Source: Chloroflexota bacterium (GTDB lineage: Bacteria > Chloroflexota > UBA6077 > JAJPHF01). From it: a stretch of DNA of 48,153 nt. The stretch lies in the NCBI GenBank assembly GCA_019686175.1, contig JADGHJ010000001.1, positions 1 through 48,153 of the forward strand, read 5' to 3'. The position numbers and the translations under genes are program-made. The notes below the pieces were generated by a model. The model had not been told where the DNA came from and did no database searches. It saw only the letters and a list, made by a program, of their open reading frames with translations. Shown here in pieces: positions 42,912 through 48,153 of this stretch (positions are counted from its first letter, which is position 1; each line of letters begins with the position of its first letter).

Positions 42912-43336
42912 CGAGCCCACGCTCGCTCTGGGGCGGATCGGTGCGCCGCGGGGAGCGGTGTTGCGCCTCCTGCCCTGAACGCGCTCAGCCGAGCGGCGAC
43001 AAGAGGTTGCTGCAGAACTGAAACGTTTTTGGCGCGGCTCCGTTTAATACCTACGGAGGGTCGTGCTGAGCCGACGCTCCGCGCGTTCGGTGGCCCACCG
43101 CACGCCTGCCACTGGGGTCGGGCTGCCACACCGAAGATGAACGACTCGGTAGGGAGGGTACGCTCGGCAGCAGTGCGGACTCCTGGGGTAGCGCCCGTGG
43201 GGCCGGGCATTGGGCTGGCCCAGGAGCCGCTCGGACCACAGCCGCGGGCGGTCCCCACATCTGGGGCTGCACGACGGCGGGCCATTCCTGGCAGTCTGGC
43301 AGGGTCATCGAAGCTCAGAAGTCGAGGAGGGTCAAC

Positions 43337-44077
43337 TTGCGGCGACTAGTTCTTGCAGCGGCGATCCTAGCTAGCACGGCGGTGGTGACGGCGCCCACCG
43401 CGAGCGCCCAGGGCGGTCCGGGGATGGGCTTCGGCCCCTCGATGCCCGGCTATGGTGGCGTGCCGATGCTGCCGAGCGGCGGACCGCCGCAAGTGCGTGG
43501 CCAGGCGGCTGCTGCGCCCGCCACGCCCGAGGCCTGCCGCTTGGGCGTGGCGCGGGCTGCTTATCCGATGGTCACCCAGATGGTCCAGTACGCGAACGCC
43601 TTCCAGGCCTATCCGATGGGGCCGAACGGGCGCCCGTTGCTGGCGCCGGCTCCGCCGCTGTATCCGGGCTTCGCCGGCTCCATCTACAATCCGTTCGGCG
43701 CGCCGGGCTACAACCTGGCGAACATCTACGGGCTGCAGAATCTCAACGCGATCCTGCTGACCCGCGAGGCGTTCGCGCCGTTCCTCAACGGCGGCTTGAG
43801 CTACGCCGACCTCGTGAACAACGTGTTCACGGCGGATGCCCAGCGGCTGGCCTATGTCGACAACCGCATCAACGCGGCGAACCTGAACGCCGCGCTGACG
43901 ATCTTCCCGCTGGACGTGGCCGCCCTGTTCAAGGAGGTGGTCGAGGGGCTCCAGCTCTACGCCGACCTGGCCTGCGGCGGCGAGGCGGCGCCGGCTCCGG
44001 CGAATGGCAACGGTAACGGCGAGCAGAACGGTGCCGCCACCGAGCCCGCTACGAACGGCAATAGCGCGCGGCCGTAG
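43337..44077 (+). CDS. secreted hypothetical protein, Gly/Pro/Ala/Asn-rich (here called P2)
   Basis: 246-aa ORF with a TTG start; GAGGAGG lies 6 nt upstream. Signal peptide MRRLVLAAAILASTAVVTAPTASA. A rho-independent terminator follows. It shows weak resemblance to P1 at 10337-10888. Confidence 0.7.
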   Translation: MRRLVLAAAILASTAVVTAPTASAQGGPGMGFGPSMPGYGGVPMLPSGGPPQVRGQAAAAPATPEACRLGVARAAYPMVTQMVQYANAFQAYPMGPNGRPLLAPAPPLYPGFAGSIYNPFGAPGYNLANIYGLQNLNAILLTREAFAPFLNGGLSYADLVNNVFTADAQRLAYVDNRINAANLNAALTIFPLDVAALFKEVVEGLQLYADLACGGEAAPAPANGNGNGEQNGAATEPATNGNSARP

Positions 44078-44100
44078 CCCCGCCTCTTGAGTAGTCCCAA

Positions 44101-44139
44101 ACCTGCGCGGGTGGGCGCCCACCCGCGCAGGTGCTTTTT
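44101..44139 (+). terminator. rho-independent terminator (probably bidirectional)
   Basis: Perfect 32-nt palindrome ACCTGCGCGGGTGGGCGCCCACCCGCGCAGGT followed by GCTTTTT. On the other strand it is followed by TTTGGG. Confidence 0.8.
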
Positions 44140-44152
44140 CCGCCGTGTGCGT

Positions 44153-44177
44153 GTCCGGTCGCCGAGCCGAACCGGAC
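44153..44177 (-). terminator. hairpin immediately after the PhtD-like gene stop
   Basis: GTCCGGT/ACCGGAC, a 7-bp stem with an 11-nt loop, 3 nt downstream of the stop at 44180-44182. The large palindrome above follows it. Confidence 0.4.
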
Positions 44178-44179
44178 CC

Positions 44180-45136
44180 TTACGTGTCCAGCGTCTCGGC
44201 GGCGAACAGCTCCTCCAGCGCCACCCGCCGCGGCGCGAGGCCCTGCTCGTAGACGTACTGCGCGAGCACCTCTACCGTCGCACGGGCCCGAGCGAGGCCG
44301 TAGGCGAACGGATCGTCGCCGAGCAGCCCGCGCTCGCGCTCCGCGTACGCGGTCTGAAACGCGAGGCTGGTGAGCAGAATACCGCTGCGCAGCAGGCCCT
44401 CGTACGCCCGCTGCTTCGCCGCCTCGAACGCGGCGTACAGCCGGCGCGGCAGCGTGCGCTCGGCCTCGTACAGCGCGCGCTGGAGCACGACCAGGTGCAT
44501 GATCGGGAAGTGGCCGGTGCGCCGGTAGTAGTCCGCCTCGACCTCGGCGAAGTTGGGAAACAGGCGGCGTACCCGCGGCGAGCCGGCCAGGAAGCTGGCC
44601 GGCTTCTCCGGGGCGGCCAGCGCATCGATCTCGCCCGCCTCTAGCATGGCGCTCAGGTCGCTGCCGGGCGGCGCGTCGTCGACGCGCACCCCAGGGGGGA
44701 GCGTGAAGTCGATCTTCTCCGTGCTCCCCCGCACCCAGTGGATCTCCTCCGGGCGCACGCCGTACTCATGCTGCAGGAGTGCCCGCACCCACACGTTCGC
44801 CGTCTGGGCGTACTCCGGCACGCCGAGACGGCGCCCCCGCAGGTCGGCCGGCGCGGTGATGCCGGCTGCCGCGTTCACGAACAGCGAGCCATGGCGGAAT
44901 ACGCGCGACGGGAACACCGGGATCGCCACGAACCGCCGGTCGCCGCGCGCCACGGCGCACAGGTAGTTGGCCGCCGACATCTCGCTGACGTCGAACTCCG
45001 CGCTGGCGAGCATGCGGCGGAAGATCTGGTTGGGGTGGCCGACCGTGTAGTCCAGCTCGACCCCCTCGGGCCGGACCTCGCCTGTGTACAGGGCAAGCGT
45101 GCGATCGTACAGAGCCCCCGCGTAGCGCAGCTTCAT
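44180..45136 (-). CDS. 4,5-dihydroxyphthalate decarboxylase-like protein (PhtD-like, periplasmic-binding-protein fold, no signal peptide)
   Basis: ORF 44180-45154 from ATG 45136, with GGAGAGAAGG upstream. It starts MKLRYAGALYDRTLALYTGEVRPEGVELDYTVGHPNQIFRRMLASAEFDVSEMSAANYL, which matches the N-terminal pattern I associate with proteins annotated as PhtD. Confidence 0.7.
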   Translation of the reverse strand: MKLRYAGALYDRTLALYTGEVRPEGVELDYTVGHPNQIFRRMLASAEFDVSEMSAANYLCAVARGDRRFVAIPVFPSRVFRHGSLFVNAAAGITAPADLRGRRLGVPEYAQTANVWVRALLQHEYGVRPEEIHWVRGSTEKIDFTLPPGVRVDDAPPGSDLSAMLEAGEIDALAAPEKPASFLAGSPRVRRLFPNFAEVEADYYRRTGHFPIMHLVVLQRALYEAERTLPRRLYAAFEAAKQRAYEGLLRSGILLTSLAFQTAYAERERGLLGDDPFAYGLARARATVEVLAQYVYEQGLAPRRVALEELFAAETLDT

Positions 45137-45182
45137 GCCTTCTCTCCGTTCCACCCGGGTCCCCCGGGCGCGGCCCGTCGCA

Positions 45183-46181
45183 CTACAGGCGGAACAGCGC
45201 GCGGGCGTTCTCCTCGTAGATCCGCCGGCGGTCAGCGTCGCTCAGCCACTCGATGCGGTCGATGAGCGCCTTCACGTCGTCCATCCACTGGCCCGTACGC
45301 GGGTCGCGCGCCGTGCCCGTCCCCGGCCGCTCGGTCCCGAACAGGCAGCGGTCGGGCCCGACCACCTTGAACAGGAGCTCCAGGCCCTCTTGGCTGTACA
45401 GGCAGGTGTCGAACCACAGCTTGCGCAGGCTCTCGCGGAACGGCTCGCGCCCCGCTCGGTAGCGTGCGGCCTCGAAGCGCCCGACCTGATAGGGGATCGC
45501 GCCACCACCGTGCGACACAATCAGCTTGAGCGTGGGGAAGTCGTCGAACACGCGGGAGTTGAGCAGCGACATGATCGCCACGCTCTCCTCCTGGATGAAA
45601 TGCAGCGAGTACGACTCCCGCGGCGAGCGACAGCTCGCGGAGTGGATCAGCGCTGGCACGTCCAGCTCGACCAGCTTGGCGTACAGTGGGTACCAGTACT
45701 CGTCGCCCAGCCCGGGCGGGCAGCCCGCGCCCTCGTCGGGGTCGGGGTTGAGCAGGCAACCCACGAAGCCCAGCTCCTTGACGCAGCGCTCCAGCTCGGC
45801 GATGGCGTCGTCGAGCGGCGCGCGGTTGGGGTGCTGGGGCAGGCCGCAAACGCCGCGGAACGTGTCGGGATAGAGCTGGCACTGGCGCGCGATCAGGTTG
45901 TTGGTCTCCTCGATGTACCAGTTCACGATGCGGTGCGGCTGCTCGCTGTGCATCATCTGGAAGGGGCGGGGGGAGATCAGCTGCAGGTCCGTGCCGACCG
46001 CCCGGAGCTGCTCCAGATGCGACACGGTACCGAAGGTCGGGCTGGTGAGCGCGCGGCGCAGGTCGTCGTCGCTGAGGCGCGGGGCGGACTTGCCGTGCGC
46101 GCCGCGGTGTGAAAGCAGGCCTGCTTTCCACGCGTAGACGGTTTCCGGCAGGGTCGTATGTCCGTGAGCGTCGATGATCAT
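45183..46181 (-). CDS. amidohydrolase_2 family protein (ACMSD / aromatic-acid decarboxylase-like)
   Basis: In-frame part of ORF 45183-46325 from ATG 46181, with GGAAGAGGA upstream. It starts MIIDAHGHT (HxH metal motif). Further motifs: LIHSAS, IVSHGGGAIPYQ, and LFGTERPG. Confidence 0.82.
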   Translation of the reverse strand: MIIDAHGHTTLPETVYAWKAGLLSHRGAHGKSAPRLSDDDLRRALTSPTFGTVSHLEQLRAVGTDLQLISPRPFQMMHSEQPHRIVNWYIEETNNLIARQCQLYPDTFRGVCGLPQHPNRAPLDDAIAELERCVKELGFVGCLLNPDPDEGAGCPPGLGDEYWYPLYAKLVELDVPALIHSASCRSPRESYSLHFIQEESVAIMSLLNSRVFDDFPTLKLIVSHGGGAIPYQVGRFEAARYRAGREPFRESLRKLWFDTCLYSQEGLELLFKVVGPDRCLFGTERPGTGTARDPRTGQWMDDVKALIDRIEWLSDADRRRIYEENARALFRL

Positions 46182-46423
46182 GCTCGGTCGTCCTCTTCCC
46201 GGGCTGACAGCGCCGGCGCGTGCAGGGGCCGCCGCGAGCGGATCACCCCGGTCATATCCGTCGCCAAGATACGGCGCGAACGCCGCGGCGAGCAACGCCG
46301 TGCGGCCACGGAGGCGTTGGATCACGCGCCGATCACGATAGACGAAGCCTGATGCATCGTGCCGCCAGCGCGTTCGTGTATATTGAACAATCGCCTTAAG
46401 TGCGGGCGAGCGCGGAGGGAGCC

Positions 46424-47206
46424 ATGTCCTCGCTGGAGCAGGGCATCCGCATCCTGCGTTGTTTCAGCGCCGACCAGCCCGAGTTGCGCCTGGCCGAGAT
46501 CAGCCGACGGCTCGGCATCAGCAAGAGCAACGTGCACCGCCTGCTGGGCATCCTCACCGCCCAGGGGCTGCTGGCGCGGGAGCCGGGCAGCCCCTACTAT
46601 CGGCTGAGCCTCCAGCTATTCGATCTGGGAGCGGCGGCCGTGAGCCGTTTCGACGGGCGGCCCGCGCTGCCTGCCATGCAGGAGCTCGCGCGCCTCACGC
46701 GCGAGACGATCTTGCTGGGAGTCCTCGATGCCGGGGACGTGGTCTACGTGCGCAAGCTGGAGAGCCCGTACCTGCTACGGATCTCGGGCACCGTTCGCGC
46801 GCCGGTGCACTGCACCGCCACGGGCAAAGTGCTGCTGGCCTGGGCGGACGCGGCGACCGTCGAGCGCGTGGTCGCGCGCGGGCTGCCGGCCCTGTCGGAG
46901 CAGACGATCACCGATCCAGCAGCGTTCCGCGCGCATCTGGCGGAGGTGCGGCGGCTGGGCTATGCCGTGTCGGACCAGGAGCGGGAGACACACACGCGGG
47001 CGGTCGGTGCGCCGATCCGAGACGCAAGCGGCGCGGTGGTTGCGGCGCTGACGGTGGCGGCGCCGGCCCAGCGCCTGCCGCGCGAGCAACTCCCGGCCCT
47101 GGCCAGCCTGGTGATGAGTGCGGCACGCAGCGTCTCGCGGGAAGTCCAGGCCGCGGGCGTTCCCACGCCGCGTGCGCGACGGCTACGGACGAGGCCGCGA
47201 GGCTAG
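46424..47206 (+). CDS. IclR family transcriptional regulator
   Basis: ORF 46400-47206 from ATG 46424, with GGAGGGA upstream. The HTH reads LRLAEISRRLGISKSNVHRLLGILTAQGLL. The effector domain reads LGVLDAGDVVYVRKLES...HCTATGKVLLAW...GYAVSDQERETHTRAVGAPI. Confidence 0.92.
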   Translation: MSSLEQGIRILRCFSADQPELRLAEISRRLGISKSNVHRLLGILTAQGLLAREPGSPYYRLSLQLFDLGAAAVSRFDGRPALPAMQELARLTRETILLGVLDAGDVVYVRKLESPYLLRISGTVRAPVHCTATGKVLLAWADAATVERVVARGLPALSEQTITDPAAFRAHLAEVRRLGYAVSDQERETHTRAVGAPIRDASGAVVAALTVAAPAQRLPREQLPALASLVMSAARSVSREVQAAGVPTPRARRLRTRPRG

Positions 47207-47268
47207 CACGGGCCGCCTGGGATCGGCCAGAGGCTCTCGCCCTACTGCCTGGTCCGCGGGGTCTTCCC

Positions 47269-48153
47269 TCAGAGGCCGGGCGGTGGTGGATACCGTTGCT
47301 CCAGGCGATCGAAGACGCCTTCGTTTTCCAGCGCGTCTAGCACAGATAGTTCGACAAAACGCGACATCGGCTCCTCTGCCGTGCCTGGCATCGACTCGCT
47401 GACGACCTCTTGCACGCCCTGGACGCTCGCGGGTTCCGGTCGACCATGTCGATTCCACGCACGGAGAAATGCTGCGTTCGCTGCGGCGAGCGCGTCTGGA
47501 TCCTCGATGCGCGTGTACTTGCTAACGACTATCCGGAACCGCTCTGGATCGCCCCGGAGTAGGTACGCGCCCTCGCTTACGGCTTGTACGATAGCCTTGA
47601 CCAGCGCGGGGTCCGACTGCAGCGTTGTCGTCCGCACCGTCAGGCCATCTTGCTGCCATGGGATTGCCTCCTGGGTGAGATCCGCGATGCGCAAGTAGCC
47701 TCGTTTCTCCGCTTGCACCACCACCGGAGGATCCAGCGGCACGAGATCCGCGCTCCCCGCCTCCAATGCCGCGATGCGCTCGGCCGCACCACCGGCATTG
47801 ACATACGTAATGTCGCCCGAGTTGAGTCCGTGGGCGCGGGCCCAGAGCTGAACCACGACCTGCGATTCGGAGCCGATGCGCGACACCCCGGCGCGCTTCC
47901 CCTTCATGTCCTCCGCAGCGCGAACTCCGGTCCCTTCCCGTGTAAACAACTGGTGGTCAAATCCCCGACGGAAGCCGGCCACGACCTTCAGATCGGCACC
48001 CCCCATGATGGCCGACACTGCCGACGAGAAGGCCGAGTACGCAGCGTCGATGTCCCCAGCGACCAGGGCTTGCATGAGCGCGGGCCCACCATTAATGTAG
48101 TACAAGTCATCGCTGTGCAAGCCATACTGCTCCAGTAGCCCGTACTCCTGCGC
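47269..48153 (-). CDS. NMT1-like ABC transporter substrate-binding protein; 5' end beyond the right edge
   Basis: ORF 47269-48120, and the frame stays open to the window end (...AQEYGLLEQYGLHSDDLYYINGGPALMQALVAGDIDAAY...). It resembles the other NMT1-type binding proteins in the window. Confidence 0.8.
   Translation of the reverse strand, partial: AQEYGLLEQYGLHSDDLYYINGGPALMQALVAGDIDAAYSAFSSAVSAIMGGADLKVVAGFRRGFDHQLFTREGTGVRAAEDMKGKRAGVSRIGSESQVVVQLWARAHGLNSGDITYVNAGGAAERIAALEAGSADLVPLDPPVVVQAEKRGYLRIADLTQEAIPWQQDGLTVRTTTLQSDPALVKAIVQAVSEGAYLLRGDPERFRIVVSKYTRIEDPDALAAANAAFLRAWNRHGRPEPASVQGVQEVVSESMPGTAEEPMSRFVELSVLDALENEGVFDRLEQRYPPPPGL

Noticed and set aside
42912-43336. Partial resemblances to known riboswitches: GCCACTG as in cobalamin elements, AATACC..ACGGAGGG and CTGAG as in TPP elements, GGTAGGGAGGG as in c-di-AMP (ydaO) elements.
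   Set aside because: The pieces are in the wrong order or lack their obligatory partner motifs (no B12 box, no ACCUGAU pairing region, no ACGGGGA/CCCGAA pseudo-symmetric halves). Only an Rfam scan could decide, so this is reported merely as an unexplained leader.
1-48153. CRISPR arrays, IS elements, prophage or defence-system genes.
   Set aside because: I saw no regularly spaced direct repeats and no transposase, integrase, Cas, restriction, toxin or other defence-type motifs in any frame. The only repeats found are short protein-level ones, for example PSPTSGPSPTS in the linker of the 39560-40654 protein and NGNGNG in P2.

Overview
This is a 48,153-bp window of about 70% G+C. It is very gene dense, with about 45 CDS and one tRNA. 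I found no transposase, integrase, phage gene or CRISPR array. Many long Arg/Pro/Gly-rich ORFs in the track are antisense artefacts of the high G+C. Real genes were picked by recognisable family motifs, GGAGG-type Shine-Dalgarno sites and start/stop overlaps. ORF-track M residues can be GTG or TTG starts.

The content looks like core chromosome of a high-GC bacterium. A Chloroflexota/Thermomicrobia-like or actinobacterial origin is only a guess.

Gene blocks from left to right:
1. A partial NMT1-type binding protein, tRNA-Arg, a WYL regulator and a DUF212 membrane protein.
2. A minus-strand housekeeping chain: dprA, topA, an M24 Xaa-Pro peptidase, a BCCP-like protein lacking the biotinyl-lysine, xseA and xseB.
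3. A LysR regulator, a low-charge secreted protein and a membrane-anchored SH3b + C39-like peptidase.
4. hsp20, a cupin/zinc-ribbon protein, a small ORF and a VTT/DedA-type membrane protein.
5. A xanthine-dehydrogenase-family enzyme with intact Moco and FAD subunits, whose 2Fe-2S subunit gene is 5'-truncated.
6. An operon behind a near-consensus promoter: a two-subunit class-I fumarase/tartrate-dehydratase-type hydrolyase, an SdhA-like flavoprotein, SdhB and a fused membrane anchor.
7. A minus-strand cluster that I read as a candidate 3-sulfolactate/sulfonate catabolic locus: split UxaA/SuyAB-like lyase, Ldh_2 dehydrogenase, GntR regulator and a NitT/TauT ABC transporter.
8. A HAD-GH65 fusion, a tandem USP and a CHRD protein.
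9. A class A PBP translationally coupled to an unknown lipoprotein.
10. A binding protein, a Zn-ADH and a HAD protein.
11. A second SH3b + low-charge secreted protein pair.
12. A PhtD-like decarboxylase, an amidohydrolase_2 decarboxylase, an IclR regulator and a partial binding protein.

The most unusual items are the fumarase-SDH-like operon (FAD-attachment His replaced by Cys, fused anchor), the duplicated SH3b/secreted-protein module with a C39-like peptidase, the PBP1A-lipoprotein pair, the decayed 2Fe-2S subunit and the lysine-less BCCP. All functional calls rest on my reading of motifs. No database search was run.
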